A stretch of 63,808 nucleotides of DNA, filler included, from Octopus bimaculoides (lineage: Eukaryota): assembly GCF_001194135.2 (NCBI RefSeq). It is 6 parts of 6 records of this genome, joined end to end, with 100 filler letters (N's around TTAATTAATTAA, not from the genome) between each part and the next. Parts side by side here need not be neighbours in the genome. Positions count along the whole stretch, not along the records: positions 30,483 to 48,700 come from NC_068992.1; positions 48,801 to 62,435 come from NC_068986.1; 4 more parts are not named here. One strand, given 5' to 3'. Below are positions 37,696 to 50,557 of this stretch, piece after piece; the stretch's first letter is position 1; the number at the start of each line of letters is the position of its first letter. The position numbers and the translations under genes were made by a program. The notes beneath the pieces are model-generated. The model had not been told where the DNA came from. It ran no database searches and saw only the letters and a list, made by a program, of their open reading frames with translations.

Positions 37696-38757
37696 ATGCA
37701 TGTAACTATATGGGATTGCTTGTTTAAGTGTGTTTGTGCATGTATGCGTAAATGTGTGAGATTGTGGTTGCTTGTATGTGTACGTAACTGTATAAAATTG
37801 TGCATTTGTGTGTGCGTGCACACACATACCTGTATGAGACTGTGTGTTTATGTGTCTCTGTGTAACCGGAAATAACCAAAGTATTATTTTACAAATTGTG
37901 ATCATGAAGGAAATTGTATACAGTGCTCAAGTGCACTACAACTAAAAAAAAGCCATCAGGTGTACTGTTGGTGTATTTCAGGAAGCATGAAAGTTTTGAA
38001 GGATGTAGTGTCTCAACAGCTAACAAGTGATGTGGGTAGTTTATTCCATGCTTCAGCAATTCTGAGCATGAAAATTGTTTCTGAAAGTCATGGGTGCTGT
38101 GTTGTTTTTTGATTTTATAAGCATGTCCATGAGTGTTTGTCATATGGAATTCAAAAAGGTGCCCAAGGTTGTTGTTGGAAAGATGGTGGATAATCTTGTT
38201 TATAATAAACTTTATTTTACATTTCTTGCCCACAAGAGATTGTCTGATCTTTAGCATACTGCTGTGTGTCTTCTCAAGCCATGATCACAGGAAAAGTTGT
38301 TGATAAGAATTATCAACAAAAGCAAAGCTGATAAATACATACAGGTGTTGCAAATTAAGTTTAATTAGCAATAAACATCAGCTTGGATAACACTTTACTC
38401 AACCAAGTAAAATATATAAAATATGGCCCGGACCAGCATGTACATCAGACTTCAAAAAGTAGTTAACCATTTAATGGTTTTAGTAAATTTATACAGAAAG
38501 AGTAAGTATTATACCGTCCAGCATAAATAAAAGTCAACTTCATTATATTCAAGCACTTATTTTTTTCTGTAAAACCCTATTCTGACATTAAATGAGTCAA
38601 CTTCTGGTACAAGTGTTTACATTTTGTACATCTTTCTTCAACAAAAAGAAATTTCTAAAAGAATTCTGGAAATGATCTACTTGTGTAATTTATACACCCA
38701 CTGAAGTTTATTTTTACTTTTGTGTAAAATGTGCGTAAATTACATGGGTTTTTACAG
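37241..38757 (-). mobile_element. Same family, copy Y, inverted, with nested insertion at about 37530-38200
   Basis: 37241-37525, 38195-38405 and 38420-38757 are reverse complements of 35700-36002, 35510-35720 and 34577-34930. Confidence 0.8.
37890..38200 (-). mobile_element. CR1-like LINE 3' fragment nested in copy Y
   Basis: KIIHHL..THGHAYKIKKQHS; in a shifted frame RIAEAWNKLP..TTSFK (CR1 TRGH..KL / WNxLP / SFK motifs). Confidence 0.75.
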
Positions 38758-39254
38758 CATATTAAATATGCATTTACATACCCTAATCAATAATGGTCCC
38801 ACTTGTCTTGCATAATAATGGCTATTTTTCAAACTTCTATCCATCTTCTATTATGATCATGTCATATATGTATCTCTCACTAAATCAATAAGAATAATCC
38901 ATAGATTTTAGTTTCTTCTTATATTTAATGTATTGTATTTTAATTTTATATTACTTTTTATTTTTATTTTTATGTTATTTCATTTTATTTCATTATATTT
39001 ATTATATTGGCGTACTTTATTCATCTTTTTATTTATTTTTCTATTTATCTGTTTCCTAATTATAATATATTGTATATAATATATTCACAAATATTCAAAG
39101 CCTACCAATCAAATAAAATCTCAATACATAGCTTTTAACTTTTAACCTGCTAATACTATACACTTCCCTCAAAAGATTACCGAAGTTGCATTAGCTCTTT
39201 TCAAATATGCAAATAAATCAGTAATTAAATCCCTTTTTTCCCCTTATTTTCCCT

Positions 39255-39292
<38 letters not shown>

Positions 39293-39439
39293 AGAAAAGA
39301 GGAAGTCACCAGAATTTTTGAAAAAGAAATTTTTTATTTAGTCATTATTATTAGTGTTTTCATTTGTTTTTCAAACTTGTCAAATAAAATTGTTTTGTGA
39401 ATGTACAAACAGGTTGTTTATTTAAAAATCCATTAAAAA

Positions 39440-41890
39440 AAAACTGGGTAAAACAACAAGAGTGGCTCACTAACTATGAAAAAATTATGGAGAAAAATCC
39501 ATTACGAAAACAAAGCAACAACAACAAAAATATAAGGAAATCAAAAACAAACATAGACACCAAACCCAGAGGAACTGAACAAAGTGCTGAACCTCAAGTT
39601 ACCCTAGAGCATATGCAGAAATGACCTCCATCTCACCCCGGGTGCAGACTATAACACTGCAATAAGCCAACACATGAAATATAGAAGCCAACTATCAACC
39701 CATAATATCAAATGCCCTAGATGGACAAATACATGAGAAAAGAGACATGAAAGGCAAATAACATATAGACAACCACCAACCCATAATACCATGTACCCTA
39801 GATGGATGAATACATGAGGAAAAAAGACAAAAAGAATATGGCAATACATAATATGAATAACCGCCATGATAACTCAAGAAACCCATGACTTACGACACCA
39901 TATATCCTGAATGGCCCAAAAAACATGGAAGATAGGGAAAAACAGAACCTATAGACAATGGAATTCATACAAAAAACATAAACCATCCACCAGTGTACAT
40001 AGAAACCAGAACCCCAAAATCAGAAAATGGAGACATGGTAACACAATTCCATTTTTAGGGAGAAAATACCACAATCACACACCAGACCCAACACAACACA
40101 AAATTTTTATGAACACACAGAACATATAAACCTGAAGGTCATAAATTTGTCAAATAGAAACCTCAACAAGAATGAGATGAACCTCCCATTAAAAGGTTTC
40201 ATGTTCACCCCAACACCCACCCCTAATCTCATTGATATGAAATCTGATATTGAACATTTCAACCATCACCTCCAGCTTATAGAATTCTTCAGCAATAAAG
40301 ATATAAATGATGAATCAATAGTCAGGAATAAATCCCACTTCACCCCCTACAAGAGAAATGACAAATATTTAGATGTGTATATAGACACAATTTTAAAATT
40401 TCTCCTAAATACCTACAGATGCAAGCAAAAACTTTGTAAGAAGAAAAGGAAGCCTTACTAACACTGAAGAATGACAACTCAATCATCATAAAAGAAGCCG
40501 ATAAGGGAGGGGTGATAGTAATCGTAGAGAAGGACTACTATAAAGACAAAATAATTGGAAATTTTAACAAATCAAACCTACTACAAGGAATATTGGAAAT
40601 TTTAACAAACCAAACCTACTACAAGGAAGAAACCAGAAAAAATAATAATGAATATAATCAGAACACTAATCAAAGAATACCAAGATTCCTTCACAGACAA
40701 GGAGAGCAATTTCTACAGATTGCCCCAAATCCACAAAAGCTCTGAAATACAGAGTGCCATAAATAAGCAGAAGAACCAATATATAAAAATACTAAGGCCT
40801 GCTGACCTCAAACTAAGACCAATAGTTGCTGGACCTCAAGCACCAACACAACAGCTAAGGCACTTTTTAGATATACTCCTAAAACCTTTGTGCCTTTTAA
40901 TACCCAGTTATATATGGGATAGCATAGATTTCCTCCAGTACATCCAGCCCACCATCCCAGAAGGTACTATACTTACAAGTTTTGATGTCACCAATCTTTA
41001 TACCAATATACCTCATGCTTTAAGCCAAGAAGCAGTCAAGCACTTGGTAGAGAAACATAGAGGATGGATAAATGAATTTTATTGCCAAAGCCACATGCCT
41101 GGTATAAGAAGAAAATACCTTTAGATTCAATAATAAAACATATCAACTGATAAAAGGCACAGCTATGGGGATGTGGTTTGCACCCTCATATGCGAACTTA
41201 GTCATAAGATACTTGGAAGAAAAACTTTATGAGGAAGTAGAGAAAACTTGATCAGGAGTACAAGAAATATATCATTAAAAAGTGGAAAGGCTTCCTTGAT
41301 GATTGCTTCAATTTTTGGGACAGATCAAATGAGGACCGAAGTATATTTAACAATATACTGAACACACACCAACCATAAAATCTTAAAAAACACCTCACAA
41401 GAGCAGAATTCACATCAGAGAATGAATAAGAATTCTTAGTAAAAGAATGTGGAGATAGATGTGAAACATGCAACAACAACAACAATAACTTAGGAAGTGG
41501 TTCCCACATAAAATTCAAGGGCGCATTCAAAATAAATGCAGATGTGTACTGCAAAATGCAGGACCTCATATACCGCATTACTTGCCCAAACTGCAAAGAA
41601 AATTACATTGGGGAAACAAATAATTTCCTCTGCTAACATGCAAGAATACACAGGCAGCATATCTGACAAGAGGAATTACGTAAGATTCTGTTAAGCAAGC
41701 AACTAGAAATATGCAGTGATGGAAAATTAAAAATCTTTCCCTTCTACAAATGTTCACAGGAAGACCCGTAATACTGAAAAGTAATGGAGCTACACTTCAT
41801 CAAAAAATTCTCTCTAAAATTGAATGTCTGAAAGAAAAGCGGAGAATTTGCATTTTTTATTCTAAATGTACCTCCAATATTGGAAACATG
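39440..41890 (+). mobile_element. Penelope-like element (RT, Cys-rich linker, GIY-YIG), 5'-truncated and disrupted
   Basis: FYRLPQIHKS, LRPIVAGP, SFDVTNLYTNIP, KGTAMG..FAPSYANL, WKGFLDDCF, ECGDRCETC, LIYRITCPNCKENYIGET. Confidence 0.92.
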
Positions 41891-41914
41891 ATACTTGTCT
41901 CTATAAATATTCAG

Positions 41915-41953
<39 letters not shown>

Positions 41954-42443
41954 AATATATATATATATATGTATATATATNNNNNNNNNNNNNNNNNNNN
42001 NNNNNNNNNNNNNNNNNNNNNNNNNNNNNNNNNNNNNNNNNNNNNNNNNNNNNNNNNNNNNNNNNNNNNNNNNNNNNNNNNNNNNNNNNNNNNNNNNNNN
42101 NNNNNNNNNNNNNNNNNNNNNNNNNNNNNNNNNNNNNNNNNNNNNNNNNNNNNNNNNNNNNNNNNNNNNNNNNNNNNNNNNNNNNNNNNNNNNNNNNNNN
42201 NNNNNNNNNNNNNNNNNNNNNNNNNNNNNNNNNNNNNNNNNNNNNNNNNNNNNNNNNNNNNNNNNNNNNNNNNNNNNNNNNNNNNNNNNNNNNNNNNNNN
42301 NNNNNNNNNNNNNNNNNNNNNNNNNNNNNNNNNNNNNNNNNNNNNNNNNNNNNNNNNNNNNNNNNNNNNNNNNNNNNNNNNNNNNNNNNNNNNNNNNNNN
42401 NNNNNNNNNNNNNNNNNNNNNNNNNNNNNNNNNNNNNNNNNNN

Positions 42444-42483
<40 letters not shown>

Positions 42484-42870
42484 CCAGTTGTATACTGTCA
42501 ACTAAATGTGACAGTCCCAATAAGAGAATCATACTGCTGCTATTTAGCCCTAGGAAGCTGGAGTGGTTCCTATCGGCCTTGACACATTTCCTGTGCCCTT
42601 ATATTAGCGAGGGGGAGACAAGCACCCCCACCCAACTCAGTGTGCATTCAGGGACATGTTTTTGAGTCATTACTCATCATCAGCCTGAAGTAGCAACACT
42701 AATTCTCTTTATTATGATAATACAATCAGACATAGAGGGGACAATACAGGACACTACAAACATTTAATAAGAGTCATTTATTGAGTCGATGTTTACGATT
42801 TTTTTAATGAAAATATATTATGTCAAAAATTTTTTAATAAATTTTATGCAACTTGGAAAATTCCATTAGT

Positions 42871-45800
42871 TCAAATTAACTTACGGTACAGTAGGCTACA
42901 CCTTTGGATTTTTATCTGGAGAGGTAAAGTCAGGCCACTCACTCCCAACTTCCTTCCCACTTCCTTCCATCTTTCCTCATATACTCTTCTAGACAGGTGC
43001 CTTCTTTCCAGCCCTATCTTGCTTTTCAGGTGATACCTGAAATAGTAAAACATTCCAGGGCCGGAGATGAAGGTTCCTGTCTTCATACCTTGCATTCTAG
43101 TTTTCCATGCACACTCTTTCATAACTGCAACTGTACATAAAAAACAAGCCTCACCTTCCTTCGGTAGTCCAGTGGGCGGTACACTCTAAATCACAGACTC
43201 AGCCAATAGCTGTACTCTTCCTAGGTATGACAGCAAATGTTCAACGTAAATTGTCATCTCCGAAAGCTGGGTGCACTGAACAAGAGCTTGCAGGATAGTT
43301 TCTTTCTCCTACCCACATCTTGGACATTCGGGTGGCACTGAAATCCCATGCCTGGACAATTTCTCATGGACAGTTAACGCATTCCTGAAACACTGCCAAG
43401 TCAGAGATCTTTGGTAATTATCCAAATACCCTGCCCTGAAAGTGTTCCGAAACAAGNNNNNNNNNNNNNNNNNNNNNNNNNNNNNNNNNNNNNNNNNNNN
43501 NNNNNNNNNNNNNNNNNNNNNNNNNNNNNNNNNNNNNNNNNNNNNNNNNNNNNNNNNNNNNNNNNNNNNNNNNNNNNNNNNNNNNNNNNNNNNNNNNNNN
43601 NNNNNNNNNNNNNNNNNNNNNNNNNNNNNNNNNNNNNNNNNNNNNNNNNNNNNNNNNNNNNNNNNNNNNNNNNNNNNNNNNNNNNNNNNNNNNNNNNNNN
43701 NNNNNNNNNNNNNNNNTCCTAGAACGTCGTCATTTTTAGCCTCTACCAACCCTTTGTAAAATGCAGAGGTGGTATTCCCGCAGTCGGCCTTGCCTGCCCT
43801 GTGGATTAGTGCAAGTGCCTGCTGTCATTCCTTTTGTCATTCAGTCGTTTTTAGTCTTTTAATCAAACCGAGTTTAAATTCCAGAGAGGCTGGTCGTGGA
43901 AAGAATTCCTCGGTGAGCGAATTCCACACCTGACCACCATCCAGGTAAGACCAGAGATGCCTTAGTCTCAGTGCATGTTTGCACATCAACAACCACGGCA
44001 TCCCTAGGCCACCCTTTAACAGTTCCTGGTAGTAGACGGAGCACCCCACAAGCGGCTTTTCCCTCCACAAAAAGCGGAAGAGAATCAAAACCAGCTTGTT
44101 TAGCCACAAATCGGGTCAAGGGATGATGGTCAGGCGGTAGGTGATAACTAACGCAATAAACATCTGCACCACCTCCGCCCTTCCTTTCAGGGACAGTGCC
44201 CTTCTAGACCAGGTCTGGGTTAGCGCTTCTACCCTGTTCGCCACCTCACTCCAATTCTTCTCCGTCTGGGAGTCCAGACCAAACCAAACTCCGAGCAACT
44301 TAACAGGACCATCTGTCCAGTGTCTCACAACACTAGACGTTATCGGCTTGCTGCTCCAGGTGCCGAGCCGCAAACCGACAGACTTGTCCATGTTAACTTT
44401 TGCCCCTGCCAGCATCTCGTATCTTCTGATTGCCTCTGCTACACAAGGTAGCTGAGTCATCTTGGATACAGTGATGGTGACGTCATCCGCATGCGCCGAG
44501 ACACCTTTACCACATCCGATTTCATTAGTGGTGCTTCCCAACTTCTCCAACTTCCGCAGCAATGGCTCAAGAGACAGTACATACAGAACCAGAGACAGGG
44601 GGTACCCTTGACGGACTGAACACCTAATCTCGAACGGCTCCAACAGGTAACCGTTCAACTGAACCATGGATTTGATGCCACCATAAATGGCCTTCATCCA
44701 ACCGCAGAAATCCGAGCCTAGCCCAGCTACCTCAAGGACTGCCGCCAGATATCAATGGTCAACCCTATCGAAGGCCTTACTTTGGTCTAAATGGACCAGT
44801 GCCCCACCTTTACNNNNNNNNNNNNNNNNNNNNNNNNNNNNNNNNNNNNNNNNNNNNNNNNNNNNNNNNNNNNNNNNNNNNNNNNNNNNNNNNNNNNNNN
44901 NNNNNNNNNNNNNNNNNNNNNNNNNNNNNNNNNNNNNNNNNNNNNNNNNNNNNNNNNNNNNNNNNNNNNNNNNNNNNNNNNNNNNNNNNNNNNNNNNNNN
45001 NNNNNNNNNNNNNNNNNNNNNNNNNNNNNNNNNNNNNNNNNNNNNNNNNNNNNNNNNNNNNNNNNNNNNNNNNNNNNNNNNNNNNNNNNNNNNNNNNNNN
45101 NNNNNNNNNNNNNNNNNNNNNNNNNNNNNNNNNNNNNNNNNNNNNNNNNNNNNNNNNNNNNNNNNAGTTCATGTACATGCAAGCCAGCAAGTGTCCGAAC
45201 AAGTCTGGCATACTACTATAAAACTCATAGGGCAGACCATCCAGTCCCGGCGACCCGTTCCGAGAGCACTCTGCCAGTACCTCTTCGACCTCCACAGCTG
45301 TGATCGGCCCTTCACAGCACCTCGCCTCACTTGCCAAGACTCGCGGTCCGTCAGCCAGGATATCCCTTAAGGGCTCCCCATGGTCCAACGCCTTGTTCGT
45401 CCCAAACAACCGTGCGAAATACTGATGAAAGGCCTTCTGCATCTCCTCCTCTCCTTCAATCCGGCGCCCCTGTTCGTCAATTAAAGACTGTACAGAAGCT
45501 TCTCTGCCTCTCCGACTCTCCACACGACGGGCCCATCTGGCAATGTTAATACCTTCTCTGCCCACCATGCGTAAATTAGCCCTGACTCTACTACCTTCCT
45601 GTTTGGCTTGGGGGTGACGGAATAATACCAATCTCGCCACCAACATTCTGGATGCAGAGCCTGATGCTGTGGCCTCCTCTAACTCCTTAGTTAATTACCC
45701 TTCTACTCTAGTTCCCTCTATACTTAGCTCTTTGCTAAATCTAAGAGACTCTAAATGTATGGATCTTTTGAGGGCGCACCACCATCTGTTATTCACGATG

Positions 45801-46772
45801 GCTCTGCATAATGCCCTCTGCACTAACTCCTTAACCCGAGCACAGAAGACTTTACTAGTCAAATTAGACTTGTTCCTCTTCCAGTACCCGGGTCCCTGTC
45901 TATGACACTTAGCTAACTGTATCTCACACGTCACAAATTTGTGATCTGTGAAAGAGGTATAGTGAAATTGTGGACAACTAACTATATCACTATGACTATC
46001 TTTTATAATAACCCTATATAAGTAAGACCTTTGTGAACCGTCATTATTAGACCACGTCCACTGTGGAATGAGCGGTTCATCCAGTCTGTAGAGGTCTACT
46101 AGTTTATAGCTTGCTAGTAGCCTTTTTAGACCAGGGCTTTCTCTTCTATTCGTCGAGCCACCACTATCCACTCGCACATTGAGAATAGCATTGAAGTCTC
46201 CTGTTAAAACTAAAGTTTTCGACATCACTAGGAAATTTTCCAGGTCTCGAAAGAAAACCGTTTGTCTATCCTCCTGTGGAGCATAGACTGCCACCAACCT
46301 AAAAGACTGCTTACTCACATGTGTCACATCCAGAATGACCAGCCTACCTTCTGGGTCTAGAAAGACTGTACTTACCTGTACATCCAAGCTTTTTTTGACT
46401 TCAATGCTATTCTCAATGTGCGAGTGGATAGTGGTGGCTCGACGAATAGAAGAGAAAGCCCTGGTCTAAAAAGGCTACTAGCAAGCTATAAACTAGTAGA
46501 CCTCTACAGACTGGATGAACCGCTCATTCCACAGTGGACGTGGTCTAATAATGACGGTTCACAAAGGTCTTACTTATAAATTTCTCGTAGTCATTCAGAA
46601 GAGGCAAGAACGACTGTGAGCCATTCAGCTTGGACTCAGTCACAATGCATATATCTAATTCACGTGACCTGAGGTCGTCTTGGAGGCATGTCTGCTTCCA
46701 TTTTGACCCCAGGCCACGTACATTTATACACCCTAACTTAACTTCCCTGATAAAAAGCAGTTAATTTACCAT
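42871..46772 (-). pseudogene. L1/Tx1 ORF2 (endonuclease, reverse transcriptase, C-terminal Zn finger), disrupted
   Basis: CINVRGL; LVAVYAP; GDFNAIL; FTDHK; GPGYWKxN; SPGLDGLPYEFY; VRQGYPLS; SAHADDV; VKLLGV; CPRCG. Confidence 0.92.
46017..46578. repeat. Identical 182-bp inverted duplication (46017-46198 / 46397-46578, 198-bp spacer)
   Basis: Base-by-base reverse-complement comparison showed no mismatch. Confidence 0.95.
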
Positions 46773-47317
46773 TAAATTTGCAGGAGGGGCTTCACAACTT
46801 TCATCGTCCCCTCCCCCTGTATCGTCTTTGTCCGGTGTAGCCATTGGTGTTAGAATTAATTTTTCCTTAACTATGAATTGACTCACGTTATGTATATCGT
46901 CTTTGTATCGCTGCTTGAATTGTTCGTCATGTTCTGCAGTAATCCTAGCTAACCGTATGTATGACGGTTTGCCTTCAATCGAACCCAACACTGTGTAATT
47001 TGTTTTTGTTATAATCCCGTGTAATGTTTCGTTTTTTGAATTGAATGAAACAATTCTTTCTTGTGGAGGTTTAGGCGCGGGTTTCGATTTGGGAGTGGAG
47101 GGGTGGGTATTTTTTTTTGTGTGTCTTGTATTTTGTCTTTTTTTCTGGAAGGGGGAGGGGAGTCTGGGCCACGGGTTTTTTTCCTTTTGTTTGTTACCAC
47201 TCTGAACTCCATGTCTTCTTTATTTTCTTTTTCTATGCTACCTTCCAGCTTTTTATTCTTTCCTTGGTTGTCATTGTCTTTTTCTGGTTGAGCTTTTTCA
47301 GTTATTTTTTCTCCCTG

Positions 47318-48208
47318 TTAGGGAGCATCCTCTACTTTTTTTTTCGGTTTTCTCACCTTTTCGCATTCGGAGCGGACATGGCCCTTTTCACCACATTTAA
47401 AGCATCTGGGCTGTCGTCCCTCCACCGACACTCTTGCACTGAGTCCCTCCCCTATGAATATCCTGTCTGGTCTGCTTTCGAGTGTTTCATTAGAAGCTTG
47501 GACCAAGAGTTCAAGCGTCTGTCCCTTCCAATTTAATGTGTCTCTCTTTCTCATGGAGAGGATATTTACATGCTCTTCCACATCATAAATTAGTGCAGCT
47601 ACCATCCAGAATACGTCATACTCGGCTGGGATTTCCTCAATTGTAATTTTGGCTGTTCTCCAGCTGAGGTATGTGGGTAACAACATTATTTCTTCAGTTT
47701 TTAGCTTAACAGTTATTTCTTTAGCTACATCAGCGTTTTCAAATTGCGCCTCAATAGTAGCATTACGTGGTCCTCTTCTGACATAATTTATTTTTTCCCA
47801 GACAGGGGCGAGGCACTTTTCAATAATATCTGTTTTCATCATCATGATGTGCTTCTCCTTTCTATTATATACCTTATATACAACGGTTTTAACTGCCAAA
47901 TCTTGTAGGATTTCTTTTGGCAGAATTAGCCTGGTTTCATTGTCGGTATGTTTTATCAGATTCCTGTATTTAAACAACTGTTCTGGCACGATATCTATTT
48001 CTTGAAATTGTCCGCCAACAACGGCAGAAAAATTGTTCACTTTTTTCACTTCTTGGGGTACTTGCTGGTTTACTTGTAGTTGTGGCACATTTTCTTCCTG
48101 TAGAATTGGGAAGTTTTCATTGCAGAGTAGAAAGTCTAGGCGTAACGCCATTTCATCCTCCATACTGAATAAATTTCCTTTCATAGGAACAAAAAAGACA
48201 GTTCGCAA
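47318..48208 (-). CDS. L1/Tx1 ORF1 (296-aa open portion, gag-like zinc knuckle)
   Basis: RCFKCGEKGHVRSEC (CX2CX4HX4C) upstream of ORF2; a K-rich tail continues in other frames. Confidence 0.8.
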   Translation of the reverse strand: MRTVFFVPMKGNLFSMEDEMALRLDFLLCNENFPILQEENVPQLQVNQQVPQEVKKVNNFSAVVGGQFQEIDIVPEQLFKYRNLIKHTDNETRLILPKEILQDLAVKTVVYKVYNRKEKHIMMMKTDIIEKCLAPVWEKINYVRRGPRNATIEAQFENADVAKEITVKLKTEEIMLLPTYLSWRTAKITIEEIPAEYDVFWMVAALIYDVEEHVNILSMRKRDTLNWKGQTLELLVQASNETLESRPDRIFIGEGLSARVSVEGRQPRCFKCGEKGHVRSECEKVRKPKKKVEDAP

Positions 48209-48471
48209 TTTTTTTTCTCTTTAAAAAGAGAGCAGAAAAAACAATTTTTCGCACCGCAGGGTGAAAATTAATGTTATACAACGTTTAACAGTTCAAATTA
48301 CAGTATAATAAACATCAACATAAACAGTAACAATAATAATAATGTACGGAAACAACTCATTAAATATGGTAAAAGCACCGAAGACCAAGCGGAAGTAGCA
48401 ACACTAGCTGGTTGAAAATGCATGTCAAACCCTCGCAAATATATATATTTTTAGTGAAAACACATTCAGTC

Positions 48472-48700
48472 ATCATCATCGTTTAACGTCCGCTTTCCAT
48501 GCTAGCATGGGTTGGATGATTTGACTGAGGACTGGTGAAACCGGATGGCAACACCAGGCTCCAGTCTGATTTGGCAGAGTTTCTACAGCTGGATGCCCTT
48601 CCTAACGCCAACCACTCAGAGAGTGTAGTGGGTGCTTTTACGTGTCACCTGCACGAAAACGGCCATGCTCGAAATGGTGTCTTTTATGTGCCACCCGCAC
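48472..48700 (-). mobile_element. Family D element with (GAT)n tail
   Basis: catcatcatcgtttaacgtccgctttccatgctagcatggg...agctggatgcccttcctaacgccaacc. Confidence 0.8.
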
Positions 48701-49864
48701 NNNNNNNNNNNNNNNNNNNNNNNNNNNNNNNNNNNNNNNNNNNNTTAATTAATTAANNNNNNNNNNNNNNNNNNNNNNNNNNNNNNNNNNNNNNNNNNNN
48801 ATGCATGGGCGACGGCTGGTCTTCCATAAACGACCTTGCCCGGACTTGTGCCTTGGAGGGTAACTTTCTAGGTGCAATCCCATGGTCAGTCATGACCGAA
48901 GGGGGTCTCAGCTCAGTGTGTGTGTGTTGGTAATGTTGAAGTAAAGTTAACATTCTTCGTGTGTTTTTGAATGGCTAATATGCGCGTCTTCCATGTTGTA
49001 ATTATTTGTTTCAATTCACGGGACTCAGATCAAATCCCTCTCCTAGCAAGTCCATCTCCAAAATACTGCATTGCTTTTCGAGTTCGTTTATTCTCGGACC
49101 GCGCTCTTTCCTCGTGAACTTCGTAACATCCGCGATTTAATTCCTGTATTTTTAATACACCTAACATGAAACCAATTAGCAATCATTATTCGATGTTTGT
49201 TAGTTGGTTTTTTTTTTTCATTTTCTTTATTTATTTTTGTTTTCTTTTGCTATTCGATGAATATAAAGTTAATAGGTGAAAGGTAAAGCAAGAAGAAAAA
49301 CAAGTCTTCTATTCCATCGTAATTGATTGAAACATCTTCAACAAGAGACAAAAAAGTAACAAGCAATCTGTTTCAAGAANNNNNNNNNNNNNNNNNNNNN
49401 NNNNNNNNNNNNNNNNNNNNNNNNNNNNNNNNNNNNNNNNNNNNNNNNNNNNNNNNNNNNNNNNNNNNNNNNNNNNNNNNNNNNNNNNNNNNNNNNNNNN
49501 NNNNNNNNNNNNNNNNNNNNNNNNNNNNNNNNNNNNNNNNNNNNNNNNNNNNNNNNNNNNNNNNNNNNNNNNNNNNNNNNNNNNNNNNNNNNNNNNNNNN
49601 NNNNNNNNNNNNNNNNNNNNNNNNNNNNNNNNNNNNNNNNNNNNNNNNNNNNNNNNNNNNNNNNNNNNNNNNNNNNNNNNNNNNNNNNNNNNNNNNNNNN
49701 NNNNNNNNNNNNNNNNNNNNNNNNNNNNNNNNNNNNNNNNNNNNNNNNNNNNNNTATATATATATATATATCCCAAAACGAAATATATATATATACATAT
49801 ATATGTATATATATATGTATGCGTGCCTACATATATATATGTATATTTATGTGTATAAATATAT

Positions 49865-49898
<34 letters not shown>

Positions 49899-50516
49899 GA
49901 TAACACATATATACATACATATATATACTTATATATATATTATTTGAAATAATACCAAAAAATCATGAAGATTGCATAGTTTTGCAATTTTCTACTTGAG
50001 GCCAAATAGCTGAAATCTAATCAGAAGCTGCTATACGAAAAAAAGTACTAAAAAAAAAAGAACTTAAATAAAATAATATTTGTAATTGGTTCAGTATTAG
50101 ATGTTGTGGCATCCTCAAACACGAAAAATCCAAAATAACATTTGTATGTAGATATACGAAGATATATTAAATCACAGAACAGAATTATATAATTACGAAT
50201 ATACAGCAATTACGGAGTTGACACTGTACTTACCAAATATCAGAATCACTCTTCAGTACATGATCTCATTTAGTCGTTGCTCGGTTTGAATTCTGGAATT
50301 ATCTTCCTTCAATTTCTTGAAAAAATTTATCTAGATTTTTGTTTTTTCATTCTCAATAACGGGTGTCATTTTTAGCATTCTCGTTTGTGAGAGCAGTCGA
50401 GTATATTTCAGATGTTCTCATTAAAAAATAATCATCTCTGGCTAATCGTTGAGAGGACGTTGGTGTTGCCTTGGCGGAGGTTTGCGCTCTCAAGCGCTCT
50501 TATTATTATTATTACT

Positions 50517-50557
<41 letters not shown>

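Larger units (their letters stand above)
36414..38935. repeat. Additional inverted pair, 36414-36600 vs 38761-38935
   Basis: ctaaaatctatggattattc...attgattagggtatgtaaatgcatattt pairs with its reverse complement. Confidence 0.85.
42702..48391 (-). mobile_element. Full-length L1/Tx1-clade LINE with 15-bp TSD
   Basis: ORF1 with CCHC knuckle; ORF2 APE-RT-Zn finger; identical gaagtagcaacacta at 42687-42701 and 48392-48406; AATAAA just before the 3' end. Confidence 0.9.

Noticed and set aside
41825-41895. Hammerhead at the 3' end of the Penelope-like element (ctgaaag...gaaacatg)
   Set aside because: No NUH triplet or stem I can be formed; the ctgatgaagggg at about 56680 (-) likewise lacks a GAAA core.
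44480-44500. HADD instead of YADD in the L1/Tx1 RT
   Set aside because: A single T-to-C change in a copy with multiple stops; decay is the simplest explanation.
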